Assembly (NCBI GenBank): GCA_043811535.1
Contig: JBDRNC010000017.1
Location: 32,001 to 96,000, forward strand
DNA length: 64,000 bases
Source of the DNA: Elusimicrobiota bacterium
Lineage (GTDB): Bacteria; Elusimicrobiota; Endomicrobiia; Endomicrobiales; JBDRNC01
Direction of reading: 5' to 3'
Shown piece by piece: positions 1-8,639 of the stretch; position 1 is the first letter of the stretch, and every line of letters starts with the position of its first letter. Under the pieces are notes generated by a model. The model had not been told where the DNA came from. It worked only from the letters and a program-made list of their open reading frames with translations, and ran no database searches. Position numbers and translations under genes: made by a program.

Positions 1-466
1 TCGTAAGGAATATCCTGTCCGCCTTTCCTTTTTCAACAACCTTCGTGTCTCCGGTGACTATGTTTACGCCGGCTTCTTTAGCGGCTTTTGCCGCGGATTC
101 CGTTATTTTTTCCAAGGCGGATATGCTGAAACCTTCCTCGATTATCGCCGCGATGGAGATTGCAATCGGTCGTGCGCCTTTCATGGCGAGGTCGTTGACA
201 GTCCCGCAGACGGCGAGCTTGCCGATATCCCCGCCCGGGAAGAATATCGGGTCGACCACAAAAGAATCCGTGGTAAAAGCCAGCCGGTTCTCTTTTGCGG
301 CAAGTTTCAGCTCAGCGGCGTCATCCATCGCGTTAAGGGCCGGATTGGAAAAATATTTCCTGAACAGCGAAGATATAAGCTCATGAGTAAGCCGCCCGCC
401 GGAGCCGTGAGCAAGTGTGATATTATAGTGACTAGTGACTGGTGACTGGTAACTAGTTTTTTTCAT
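1..466 (-). CDS. hypE: Hydrogenase maturation protein HypE (3' end runs off the window)
   Basis: Not in the ORF track; read manually from ATG at 466: MKKTSYQSPVTSHYNITLAHGSGG...FTTDSFVVDPIFFPGGDIGKLAVCGTVNDLAM; follows hypD. Confidence 0.95.
   Translation of the reverse strand, partial: MKKTSYQSPVTSHYNITLAHGSGGRLTHELISSLFRKYFSNPALNAMDDAAELKLAAKENRLAFTTDSFVVDPIFFPGGDIGKLAVCGTVNDLAMKGARPIAISIAAIIEEGFSISALEKITESAAKAAKEAGVNIVTGDTKVVEKGKADRIFLT
427..457. repeat. 7-bp tandem array inside the hypE 5' end
   Basis: agtgact agtgact ggtgact ggtaact agt. Confidence 0.9.
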
Positions 467-481
467 GTCTTTCGGATTTTA

Positions 482-516
482 GTCTTCCGTCTCCTTTCTT
501 CCTTCTACTGTCTCCC
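482..516. repeat. Degenerate 7-bp array spanning the hypD stop
   Basis: gtcttcc gtctcct ttcttcc ttctact gtctccc. Confidence 0.6.
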
Positions 517-1518
517 GTATTTATATGCCGCGGCGCAGGCGCCTTCGCTTGATACCATGCAAGGACCTACCGGCCGGCCGGGCGTGCAGGCCTTGCCGAA
601 TATCGGGCAATCTTCCGGGGCATTCAACCCAAGCAATATCTTCCCGCACAGGCAGGTTCTGTGCTGAGCGGTTTTCGGCAGTTTAACCTTAAATATTTTT
701 GAAGCGTCGAATTTCCTGTATGCCGGCTTGAAAGCGAGGCCGCTTTTCGGGATTTTGCCTATCTCCCGCCAGTTTGAATCCACCGTCTTGAAAACCTTCG
801 CAAGCACTGCCTGCGCGGTTTTGTTGCCTTCCGGTTTAACTATGCTTTTATATTGTATCTCAACGGCGGGCTTGCCGTCAACTATCTGCTTAAGTATCAT
901 CTTTACGCCCTCAAGGATATCATCCGGCTCAAACCCGGTTATTACGGCGGGTATTTTATATTGTTTCGCGATAAACCCGTATGGTCTGGGTCCGATGATG
1001 GCGGAAACGTGGCCCGGCATGATAAATCCGTCAATCTTTCTTTCTTTTATGCTAAGGATAGCCTTTAAGGCGTTTGGTATCGTTTTAAACATCGGCAGAA
1101 CCGAGAAATTCATCACTTTTTTCTTTTTCGCCTGCAGGACCGTCGCCGCGATTGTCGGAGAGGTGGTCTCGAAACCGACGCCAAGAAACACGACTTTCCT
1201 GTTGGGATTGTGTATCGCGATATCCAGAGCGTCAAAGGATGAATAGACAATACGCACGTCGGCGCCTTTTCCCTTCTCCTCCGCCAGTGAAGAATACGAG
1301 CCCGGGACGTTTATCATGTCGCCGAACGTCGCGACTGTCACGCCGGGCAGTTTTGATATCTCTATTGCGCGGTCAATGTCTTCCTGAGGAGTCACGCACA
1401 CCGGGCAGCCCGGACCGGAAATAAGATTTACCTGCGGCGGAAAAAGTTTCTTCAGCCCGTGGCGAGCTATCGCCATCGTGTGCGTCCCGCAGACTTCCAT
1501 GATGTTTAATTTATTCAT
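505..1518 (-). CDS. hypD: Hydrogenase maturation protein HypD
   Basis: MEVCGTHT, GPGCPVC, GFETT, PGHVS, GPCMVSSEGAC motifs. Confidence 0.97.
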   Translation of the reverse strand: MNKLNIMEVCGTHTMAIARHGLKKLFPPQVNLISGPGCPVCVTPQEDIDRAIEISKLPGVTVATFGDMINVPGSYSSLAEEKGKGADVRIVYSSFDALDIAIHNPNRKVVFLGVGFETTSPTIAATVLQAKKKKVMNFSVLPMFKTIPNALKAILSIKERKIDGFIMPGHVSAIIGPRPYGFIAKQYKIPAVITGFEPDDILEGVKMILKQIVDGKPAVEIQYKSIVKPEGNKTAQAVLAKVFKTVDSNWREIGKIPKSGLAFKPAYRKFDASKIFKVKLPKTAQHRTCLCGKILLGLNAPEDCPIFGKACTPGRPVGPCMVSSEGACAAAYKYGRQ

Positions 1519-1523
1519 AAGGC

Positions 1524-1560
1524 GTATCTAGTATCTGGTATCTCGTATCTAGTAAAAACC
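1524..1560. repeat. 7-bp array, left arm of a 37-bp inverted repeat
   Basis: gtatcta gtatctg gtatctc gtatcta gtaaaaacc. Confidence 0.95.
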
Positions 1561-1607
1561 CGACAGCCAAATGGAACCCGAAAAACAGTATAAATCAATG
1601 TAGTTTA

Positions 1608-2231
1608 CTAAATCTCGTGTGAATCTATTTTTAACTTTTTGGTTATCTTTACTGTTTCGTAATAACTCTGAAGCTCAGAAAAGTGGAAATAATTATCAAA
1701 TTCATGCTTTTTTGAGAGGACGAGCTCTTCGTATGGTTCCCTATCCTTTGATAAAAATCTGCAATAGATATGAGGAATATTGTAGAATTCATCGCCATCC
1801 CAGTCTATATTAACTATCCTATCAAACGGTATGCGTCCAATAAGATAACAATTAGTATATTCCTTTTCGTCTTTAGAACTAAACCGCCATTTATCTAGTT
1901 CATCTACAAAATTTACACTCAGTATTCTTAGAATTACTTCTAAACCTCGGTGATACGTTCCTGCTATTCCTACGCGAAACCATGGTGAAATACCTTTCGC
2001 TTTTTCATCAGTATTCGGATATTCATCCATCCGACTAGCATCCCTAATTATTGCTTCACTAAATGCATGTGAATCTAATCTGTTGTCAATTCTACTGATA
2101 ATTTCATTTTTCCATTTCTGTCGTAGTTGTATGATTTCACTTGAATCTGGTTTTTTAAAATGTTTTACAAACCATCCGATTACTTTTAGAAGAATATCAA
2201 TAATGAGTTTAAATATTCCTAAATCCGTCAT
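1608..2231 (-). CDS. Hypothetical protein, AT-rich, hydrophobic N-terminus
   Basis: 207-aa ORF co-oriented with the operon; 17/60 G+C at 1621-1680 versus 34/60 at 1321-1380 in hypD; no family recognised. Confidence 0.8.
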   Translation of the reverse strand: MTDLGIFKLIIDILLKVIGWFVKHFKKPDSSEIIQLRQKWKNEIISRIDNRLDSHAFSEAIIRDASRMDEYPNTDEKAKGISPWFRVGIAGTYHRGLEVILRILSVNFVDELDKWRFSSKDEKEYTNCYLIGRIPFDRIVNIDWDGDEFYNIPHIYCRFLSKDREPYEELVLSKKHEFDNYFHFSELQSYYETVKITKKLKIDSHEI

Positions 2232-2267
2232 ATTAGTCCCTTGTCACAATAAGCATACATTACCGTT

Positions 2268-2304
2268 GGTCTTTACTAGATACCAGATACTAGATACGAG
2301 ATAC
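2268..2304. repeat. 7-bp array, right arm of the 37-bp inverted repeat
   Basis: ggtctttac tagatac cagatac tagatac gagatac; reverse complement matches 1524-1560 at 33/37. Confidence 0.95.
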
Positions 2305-2877
2305 TGTCTTTAGCCACTCTTTCTTCAATATCGCGTACATTTTCAGGTCGCGGGGCTTGCCTTTGACGAAAATGCCCTCGCGCATGATACCTTCGAATTT
2401 CATTCCGCATTTTTTCATGACTTTCTCGGAACCTTTGTTGTCTATCATGCAGTGAGCGCATATCCTGTTGAGTTTCAATTTTCCGAAGCCGAAATCCAGC
2501 ATGGCTTCCACAGCTTCCGTCATCAGTCCCTTTCCCCAGTATTTGCGCGACATCGCGTATCCTATCTCGGCTTTGCGGAAATTGGAATTATAATTGTTGA
2601 AGCCGCACGTGCCTATGAGTTTTCCGTTTTCCTTGAGAATCATTCCCCATGATTCAGGTACGGCTTTTCTGTACTCACGCTGGACGTATTTGAGGAATCC
2701 CCTCGTGTCCTTTATCGACTTGTGGCGGGCCCAGATAGTGTACCTGCTGACCAATGGATCGCGCCCGTATTCGTATATATCGCAAGCGTCACTCATTTTC
2801 AACTTTCTCAGTATGAGCCGCTTGGTCTTTAATGTCGGCAGATTATGGAAGACTTTATTTGTTTCAGAGTTTTTCAT
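2290..2877 (-). CDS. RimJ/RimL-family GNAT N-acetyltransferase
   Basis: LKTKRLILR, AEIGY, YWGKGLMTEA, NKGSEKVMKKCGMKFEG; start reassigned to ATG 2877, just after the hypC stop. Confidence 0.9.
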   Translation of the reverse strand: MKNSETNKVFHNLPTLKTKRLILRKLKMSDACDIYEYGRDPLVSRYTIWARHKSIKDTRGFLKYVQREYRKAVPESWGMILKENGKLIGTCGFNNYNSNFRKAEIGYAMSRKYWGKGLMTEAVEAMLDFGFGKLKLNRICAHCMIDNKGSEKVMKKCGMKFEGIMREGIFVKGKPRDLKMYAILKKEWLKTVSRI

Positions 2878-2878
2878 A

Positions 2879-3130
2879 TTACTGTTCGCTGCTAACTGCT
2901 TCCTGCTCACTGTCTTGTCCATATGCCTCATTGATGGCCTTAAGCGTTTCCCTGGCATCTTTCTCGGAGAGTTTTTGTATCGCGAAACCGGCGTGCACAA
3001 TAACGTAGTCGCCTACTTTTACCGACGGCATCAGGTCAAGCTGGGCAGCGCGGATCACGCCGCCGAAATCAATTTCCGCGCGCTTGTCTTTTTCTATTTT
3101 GATGATTTTTCCCGGTATGGCAAGACACAT
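2879..3130 (-). CDS. hypC: Hydrogenase chaperone HypC
   Basis: MCLAIPG N-terminus, VGDYVIVHAGFAI. Confidence 0.97.
   Translation of the reverse strand: MCLAIPGKIIKIEKDKRAEIDFGGVIRAAQLDLMPSVKVGDYVIVHAGFAIQKLSEKDARETLKAINEAYGQDSEQEAVSSEQ
2881..2915. repeat. 7-bp array encoding the HypC C-terminal tail
   Basis: actgttc gctgcta actgctt cctgctc actgtct. Confidence 0.75.
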
Positions 3131-3158
3131 AATCTTTAACTCCGATTAATTTTAAATA

Positions 3159-4304
3159 TTAAATTCGCGCAGCGAGCCATGCTTGACCTAATGAAATACA
3201 CCCGTCGTTTACGGAAACCGCCTGGTTGTAATGGACCTTGAAGCCGGCGCTTTCGAGTTTTTCTTTTGCCAGCGAAAGAAGGACGCGGTTCTGGAAACAT
3301 CCCCCGCTTAAGGCAATATCTTTTACGCCGTATTTTTTACCGAAACGTTTTGAGAGCGCGAGGATGATTTCCGCGAGCGTCAGGTGGAACTTGGCAGAGA
3401 TGACTTTATTGCTTACGCCTGAAATTTTGTCTTTCCATATTTGTCTTATGAGTTCAGTTGTAGGAATTTTCACTGGCGACTGGCGACTAGCGACTAGCCC
3501 CAGTATTTTAAGATTATAACCTTTTTTAACAACCGTGTCTATCGCAAGCGATTCAAGTTCTATAGCGGCCTGGGCCTCAAAACTTACTTCATTTTTCAAA
3601 CCGATTATCGCGGCGACGGCGTCAAAAAGCCTGCCGGCGCTGCAGCATAAGGGCGAGTTAATCCCTTTAGCGGCCATCTCCCTGATTTCCTTCCAGGGCT
3701 TGTTTTTGATATGTGCGGGGATAGCGTCAATACCGGATTGCTTCAACAGCGAAACAGCCAGACGCCAGATCTCTTTTACCGCGATATCGCCGCCGGGCAG
3801 CGGGAAGTAATCAAAGTGGGCAAGGCGGCTGAACTTACCATTCTTCCAAAGCAGGCATTCCCCGCCCCATATCTTGCCGTCGGTCCCCAGACCCGTGCCG
3901 TCAAATGCGAAGCCGATGACGGGTTTCTCCAGCTGTTTTTCGGCCAGCACGGAAGCTATATGGGCGAAATGATGCTGAACCTCTACAATTGACAATGAGC
4001 AATTAGCATTTAACAATTTACGAGCAAAGACAGACGACATGTAATTGGGGTGGAGGTCATGAGCGATTATCCGCGGTTCAACCTTGAGAAATTTCTTGAG
4101 ACGCGAGATTGATTTTTTGAAGAGTTCCAGCGCATCATAGTTGTCAAGGCCGCCTGTCAGGGTGGAAACGTGGAAGTCCTTTCCTTTTGTAAGGCAAAAA
4201 CCGCCCTTGAGTTCGGCTCCGGTTGCCAGTATTTGGGGCATCTGTCTTTTCCCGCGGACGAGAAGAGCCTTGCGGATGTTATTTCCCTTCAACGCTTTTG
4301 ACAT
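3159..4304 (-). CDS. hypF: Short HypF carbamoyltransferase (Kae1-like C-terminal half only)
   Basis: HDLHPNY, QHHFAH, DGTGLGTDGKIWGGE, SAGRLFDAV, SGGCFQN, NDGCISLGQ; no acylphosphatase, Zn-finger or YrdC region; alternative start at 4241. Confidence 0.92.
   Translation of the reverse strand: MSKALKGNNIRKALLVRGKRQMPQILATGAELKGGFCLTKGKDFHVSTLTGGLDNYDALELFKKSISRLKKFLKVEPRIIAHDLHPNYMSSVFARKLLNANCSLSIVEVQHHFAHIASVLAEKQLEKPVIGFAFDGTGLGTDGKIWGGECLLWKNGKFSRLAHFDYFPLPGGDIAVKEIWRLAVSLLKQSGIDAIPAHIKNKPWKEIREMAAKGINSPLCCSAGRLFDAVAAIIGLKNEVSFEAQAAIELESLAIDTVVKKGYNLKILGLVASRQSPVKIPTTELIRQIWKDKISGVSNKVISAKFHLTLAEIILALSKRFGKKYGVKDIALSGGCFQNRVLLSLAKEKLESAGFKVHYNQAVSVNDGCISLGQAWLAARI
3472..3499. repeat. 7-bp array inside hypF
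   Basis: actggcg actggcg actagcg actagcc. Confidence 0.9.
3985..4019. repeat. 7-bp array inside hypF
   Basis: acaattg acaatga gcaatta gcattta acaattt. Confidence 0.75.
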
Positions 4305-4626
4305 AGCAGTCTTTCCCGGACGTTATCTCCATGTTCATGCCTTTGCATGAGGGGCAATTCAGCGCCGACAGCTCTGTGCCCGTTATTTCCCTGCCGCAGT
4401 CAGAGCACTTTGCCTTGACTTTTTCGACTGACAGCGCGAGCTCCGCTCCTTCGGCGAAGGATCCGGGAAATATATGGTCTTTGAATGAATGTTCCAGCAG
4501 GTGCGCGTCAATGCCGGCTGATTCGCCGACAACTATAGCGACGCCGGATATCTTCCCGAGCTTTTTATCCGCCGCTATTTTCTTGATTTCCGCCCACAAG
4601 TCCCTGGCAATACCTATTTCGTGCAT
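4279..4626 (-). CDS. hypA: Nickel metallochaperone HypA
   Basis: MHE N-terminus, CSDC and CPSC Zn motifs. Confidence 0.95.
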   Translation of the reverse strand: MHEIGIARDLWAEIKKIAADKKLGKISGVAIVVGESAGIDAHLLEHSFKDHIFPGSFAEGAELALSVEKVKAKCSDCGREITGTELSALNCPSCKGMNMEITSGKDCYVKSVEGK

Positions 4627-4662
4627 TGTCGTTCCTATTTCCTGATTACTACCGTATTTGTT

Positions 4663-4684
4663 CCGGGACTAAAGTCCCGGCTAC
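4663..4684 (-). repeat. GTAG-type REP-like palindrome
   Basis: Minus strand GTAG-CCGGGACT-TT-AGTCCCGG. Confidence 0.6.
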
Positions 4685-4690
4685 TTTTGA

Positions 4691-4772
4691 TAATTGTTTA
4701 TTGTTAATTGCTGATTGTTAATTGCTGCCGTATTTGTTATTTCCTAATTGCCAATCGCAAATTGCTAATCGC
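4691..4772. repeat. Two co-oriented 7-bp arrays (TAATTGY type)
   Basis: taattgt ttattgt taattgc tgattgt taattgc ... taattgc caatcgc aaattgc taatcgc. Confidence 0.9.
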
Positions 4773-4782
4773 TGTCTTTACA

Positions 4783-5229
4783 TCATTCTATCATTGAAAC
4801 GAGGTCGGATACCGCTTTTTCCACTTCGGGCGACATGCTTTCGCCGAGTTTTATCGATTTCGGCTGAATACCCAGCAGCACGACGTCAGCGCCGCATTCC
4901 TGTTTTATAGTGTCCGCTATCAATGCGAGCGAGATGCCATGCGTCGAAACACCAGCCTGATCCAGTTCTTCGTAACCAAAGATTTTGTAAGTTCCAGGTT
5001 TGCTGCCCATATCCACGGCATCGGCGAGCACCACGGTTTTTGCCCCGGAAGAAGTGATCCTGCGCAGATAATTCTCAGGAATTTCCCCGCAGTTAATCGC
5101 GCTTGTTTTTTTGTTGTTGACGATGATATTCTCGGCGAGCACGGGGCCGACAGCGTCATCGCCTTTCATGATATTGCCGATACCCACAATTAGAACGGGT
5201 TTCTTTAAATTAATAAAGATGTTTTCCAT
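4783..5229 (-). CDS. hycI: Hydrogenase maturation endopeptidase (HycI-like)
   Basis: VGIGNIMKGDDAVG, GEIPEN, DAVD, STHGISL, LLGIQP; start reassigned to ATG 5229. Confidence 0.9.
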   Translation of the reverse strand: MENIFINLKKPVLIVGIGNIMKGDDAVGPVLAENIIVNNKKTSAINCGEIPENYLRRITSSGAKTVVLADAVDMGSKPGTYKIFGYEELDQAGVSTHGISLALIADTIKQECGADVVLLGIQPKSIKLGESMSPEVEKAVSDLVSMIE

Positions 5230-5230
5230 A

Positions 5231-5265
5231 TAATTTGAAATCTGAAATCTGTAATTTGAAATTCG
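5231..5265. repeat. 7-bp array
   Basis: taatttg aaatctg aaatctg taatttg aaattcg. Confidence 0.85.
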
Positions 5266-5270
5266 CCGTA

Positions 5271-5894
5271 TTAGGGTTGTTTCCCCGTCTGGTTGTGGAC
5301 CAGCACCATATGGCGGCATTTCGGGCAAAGTATCCTGAAAAGGTCGGTTCGCTGAACGGGAGGCGGAATAATTCCGGAAGACAGGTCTTCGGCGATCTGA
5401 AGCTCTTTCTGGGAAGTATATATGAGATTGAAATTTCCGGAATACAGCGGGCCCAGCTTCCGGATCATCCACAGCAGTTGCGCTTTCGGAGCGATAATTT
5501 CGCCGCAGTCCTCGCAAAGGACAAGCTCTTTTTCAACGCCCTGGAATAATTCCGAACGGTCGGTCGTGGCAAGGTCGAATTCAAGCGAGAGCTTAACGCC
5601 CTTTTTTGTCGTGCAAAGCCGCTCGCATTGCCCGCAGAATATGCACATATCATAATGCCAGACCACGCTTCTATACGGCGGTTTGTTTCCCGCGGTGTTT
5701 TTGACCTCTATAGCTCCGGAAGGACACACTTCGGCGCAAGCGCCGCAGGCGATGCATTCGTTATCGTCAGGTATGGGCCTTCCCCTGAACCCGGGCATTG
5801 GCGTGTGCGGCTCGTACGGATACCTGGTAGTGTAAGGGCCTTTTATCAGCGCCTTAACGGCTTCTATTAGTTCTCTGATTTTAGGATATTTCAT
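5271..5894 (-). CDS. Hydrogenase 2x[4Fe-4S] subunit (NuoI/HycF/MbhN-like)
   Basis: YTTRYP, FRGRP, CIACGACAEVCP, CIFCGQCERLC, plus CEDC and CPKC. Confidence 0.92.
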   Translation of the reverse strand: MKYPKIRELIEAVKALIKGPYTTRYPYEPHTPMPGFRGRPIPDDNECIACGACAEVCPSGAIEVKNTAGNKPPYRSVVWHYDMCIFCGQCERLCTTKKGVKLSLEFDLATTDRSELFQGVEKELVLCEDCGEIIAPKAQLLWMIRKLGPLYSGNFNLIYTSQKELQIAEDLSSGIIPPPVQRTDLFRILCPKCRHMVLVHNQTGKQP

Positions 5895-5904
5895 AAAATT
5901 AGTT

Positions 5905-5978
5905 ATGAGTATATTGGGTAATGTGTAATGAGTAAAGACTTTAAATTTACAAAATACCCGATACTCAATACCCGATAC
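5905..5978. repeat. Inverted pair of 7-bp arrays
   Basis: ttgggta atgtgta atgagta ... atacccg atactca atacccg. Confidence 0.75.
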
Positions 5979-5987
5979 AATACGTCG

Positions 5988-6326
5988 TTATTTTACCAAT
6001 TTCCCCTTATCTTCCTCGTATTTGTCGCAGACGCTGCCTTCCCACGGCTTGATGCCGGATATATGCGCCGCGCGTGAAAGAGCGTGTGCCGAGACCGGTG
6101 AAGTTATCAGCAGGAATAGGGCGCATAGCAGTGCTTTTATACCGAGCGCGGAAAAGCCATTGATGACGAATATCCCGAACATTATGCTGGACGTGCCCAT
6201 CGTAACGCACTTGGTCGAGCCGAGCAGGCGGTTATAGACGTCCGGGAAACGCAGCAGCGCCAGCGCTCCGAAGAAATCAAATACCACGCCTATGGTCACG
6301 AAAATATATCCGATAACTTCAATCAT
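5988..6326 (-). CDS. mnhG: Mrp antiporter subunit G-like (MbhC)
   Basis: LLRFPDVYNRL, TSPVSAHAL; three TM segments. Confidence 0.9.
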   Translation of the reverse strand: MIEVIGYIFVTIGVVFDFFGALALLRFPDVYNRLLGSTKCVTMGTSSIMFGIFVINGFSALGIKALLCALFLLITSPVSAHALSRAAHISGIKPWEGSVCDKYEEDKGKLVK

Positions 6327-6654
6327 CGAACGATCTCCCTTCAAGGTATTTCGCCAAAGCGAGCGTCCCTATGAACGCCTGGAGCGCCCACGCGATGCCG
6401 ATGTCCAGGTAAATATCGCGCTTATATACCAGCGCCGCTATCCCGCAGAAACCGATAACGAGGATTCCCATTATATCTAGCGCGGCGGCGCGGTCGGCCG
6501 GCGTCGGTCCCAGGAAAAGCCTTACGAGCACAAGGAAGCAGACCATCAAAAGCGAGTAAAACCACCTGGACAGCGCGTCCGGAGCGATAAAGACCACGCA
6601 AATGGCGAACGAGACCGCCAGAATCAATCCTATGAGCCAGTGCAGTTTTTTCAT
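6319..6654 (-). CDS. mnhF: Mrp antiporter subunit F-like (MbhB)
   Basis: GPTPADRAAALD, FIGTLALAKYL. Confidence 0.9.
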   Translation of the reverse strand: MKKLHWLIGLILAVSFAICVVFIAPDALSRWFYSLLMVCFLVLVRLFLGPTPADRAAALDIMGILVIGFCGIAALVYKRDIYLDIGIAWALQAFIGTLALAKYLEGRSFDD

Positions 6655-6655
6655 C

Positions 6656-7153
6656 TTATTCGAAGATCCTTGCCAGTATTTTTTCGTATTTATCTACTAA
6701 TAGGTGCGTCGCCTCGGTTTCATCCTGGGTTTTTACGTTCAGCCAGTGGATGTAAAGGAATCCGTTGTCCTTGTCCACGTCAACCGTTGTGGTGCCCGGA
6801 GTCAGCGTGAGCGAATTCGCAAGGAAAGTTATGCCTGTTTCGCTCTTGAGTTTGGTCCTGACCCTGACTATGCCCGGTTTTATTGGAAGTTCGGGGCTTA
6901 ACAGCCTGCGCGCGACGTCGATGTTCGCTTTCACTATCTCCCAGACAAATACGGGGAAGTACACGGCGAACCACATATATCTTGACAGGTGCGCAAATTT
7001 ATGCGGGTTTTCAGTGAACATGTCCCCTGTGAGGAACGCGACGATCAGGCTGCAGGCCACGCCCGTGATGATGTGCTGCAGGTCAACCGACCACGAGAGC
7101 ACGAACCACAGAAGAAGCGAAAGGATGAAGAGCACTATCCTGCTTTTTTTCAT
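6656..7153 (-). CDS. mnhE: Mrp antiporter subunit E-like (MbhA)
   Basis: ANIDVA, PGIV, LANSLTLTPGT, LYIHW; ATGA overlap with the upstream stop. Confidence 0.92.
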   Translation of the reverse strand: MKKSRIVLFILSLLLWFVLSWSVDLQHIITGVACSLIVAFLTGDMFTENPHKFAHLSRYMWFAVYFPVFVWEIVKANIDVARRLLSPELPIKPGIVRVRTKLKSETGITFLANSLTLTPGTTTVDVDKDNGFLYIHWLNVKTQDETEATHLLVDKYEKILARIFE

Positions 7154-8637
7154 TTCATCAGCTCCAGCGCGACCAGCTTTGCATAACCCGTCCCGCTCAG
7201 CAGCGCGTTCTGCGCGAGCCCCAGAAAGTTTTCGTAGATGCCCGAAAGCAGAAGCATTCCGGCGCAGACGCACAATACGGAGATTACTATCATCGGGACA
7301 GTCATCTTCCAGCCCGATTCCTTCACGTTAAGGAACCTGTCTTTCTGGAACCCGAAGAAAACATATCTCTGGATCTTTAAAAACGATGCCAGCGTGAGAA
7401 TGCTCGCGAAAACAGCAAAAGAGGCGAACCAGTATTTTCCCGCCTGGATGCAGGCGAGTATTATTATCAGTTTACTCCAGAAGCCGTTGAGCGGCGGGAT
7501 GCCGGAAATCGACAGCGACGCCACGAGCGAAGAGAAACCCGTCAGAGGCATTTTCTTGTTAAGCCCCCCAAGTTCCTTAAGGTTCCTTGTTCCTGTTGCC
7601 CTCTGCACGCTTCCGGCGACCAGGAACAACAGGGGTTTAAATAATGAATGGTTGAACAGGTGGAACAGCCCGCCGAGAATGCCCAGCGGCGTGCCCAGCC
7701 CCAATCCGAGGATTATATAACCTACCTGGCTTATCGAATGGTACGCCAGCAGGCGTTTGAAATCCCATTGGCTTAAAGCCAGCAGTACGCCCGAAAGCAT
7801 AGAGATTGTTCCGAGAATGAGCAGTATCGAGGAGAATGCATGGCTGAAACCTATCACATTGAAGAACAGGCGCATCATGGCGTAAACGCCTATCGTTTTA
7901 ATTACGACGCCGGAAAGAACCGCCGAGATAGGAGACGGAGCGGAAGGATGCGCGTCCGGAAGCCACGAATGAAAAGGCACAAGCGCGGTTTTGAATGCGA
8001 ACCCGGCCGTCAGCAGCGCAACTATTAAAATGTTAAAAATATTCCTGTCGTTGTTCCAGCTCATCGCGATATCCGCGAGATTTAACGTGGATGTTTTCGC
8101 GTAAATCAGGGCAATCGCAAGCAGTATGAGTATCGAAGACAGCGTTCCCGGGACGGCGTATTTGATCGAGGCCTCGAAACTCTCCCCGTCGCATTCGTAA
8201 GAAACAAGCGCGTAGGAGGCTATGGACGCGATTTCAAGGAAAATGAACATGTTGAACAGATCGCCGGATATAAGGACGCCGTTGAGCCCGGCGAGCAGAA
8301 GCTGGAACAGGGCGTAATACTTCCATTTATTTGAATAGTGTTCGGCGTATTCCACGGAGTAAATCATCAGAAGGGATATAACCACGTTGACGAGCACAAG
8401 CATCATCGCCGTCAAACCGTCGGCGACCAGTGTGATGCCCGCCGGAGGCAGCCAGCCACCGATTTTATACACGGCAATCCCGTTATGGATGACTGTATTC
8501 AGTATCCTGAAAGAAATGACCGCTACGCAGACCGTCGAAATCACGGATACGGCATCCAGTATTCTCCTTGGAAACCGGTTGATCGCGGATATTACCGCCG
8601 CAGCCGTAAGAGGGATGAGAACAAAAAGCGCCAGCAT
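7150..8637 (-). CDS. mnhD: MrpD/MbhH-type proton-conducting membrane subunit
   Basis: DLFNMFIFLE, PFHSWLPDAHPSAP, KRLLAYHSISQVG, GIPPLNGFWSK. Confidence 0.92.
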   Translation of the reverse strand: MLALFVLIPLTAAAVISAINRFPRRILDAVSVISTVCVAVISFRILNTVIHNGIAVYKIGGWLPPAGITLVADGLTAMMLVLVNVVISLLMIYSVEYAEHYSNKWKYYALFQLLLAGLNGVLISGDLFNMFIFLEIASIASYALVSYECDGESFEASIKYAVPGTLSSILILLAIALIYAKTSTLNLADIAMSWNNDRNIFNILIVALLTAGFAFKTALVPFHSWLPDAHPSAPSPISAVLSGVVIKTIGVYAMMRLFFNVIGFSHAFSSILLILGTISMLSGVLLALSQWDFKRLLAYHSISQVGYIILGLGLGTPLGILGGLFHLFNHSLFKPLLFLVAGSVQRATGTRNLKELGGLNKKMPLTGFSSLVASLSISGIPPLNGFWSKLIIILACIQAGKYWFASFAVFASILTLASFLKIQRYVFFGFQKDRFLNVKESGWKMTVPMIVISVLCVCAGMLLLSGIYENFLGLAQNALLSGTGYAKLVALELMK

Positions 8638-8639
8638 GT

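Noticed and set aside
1524..2304. Classical IS element
   Set aside because: The ORF has no recognisable transposase motif and no target-site duplication is evident
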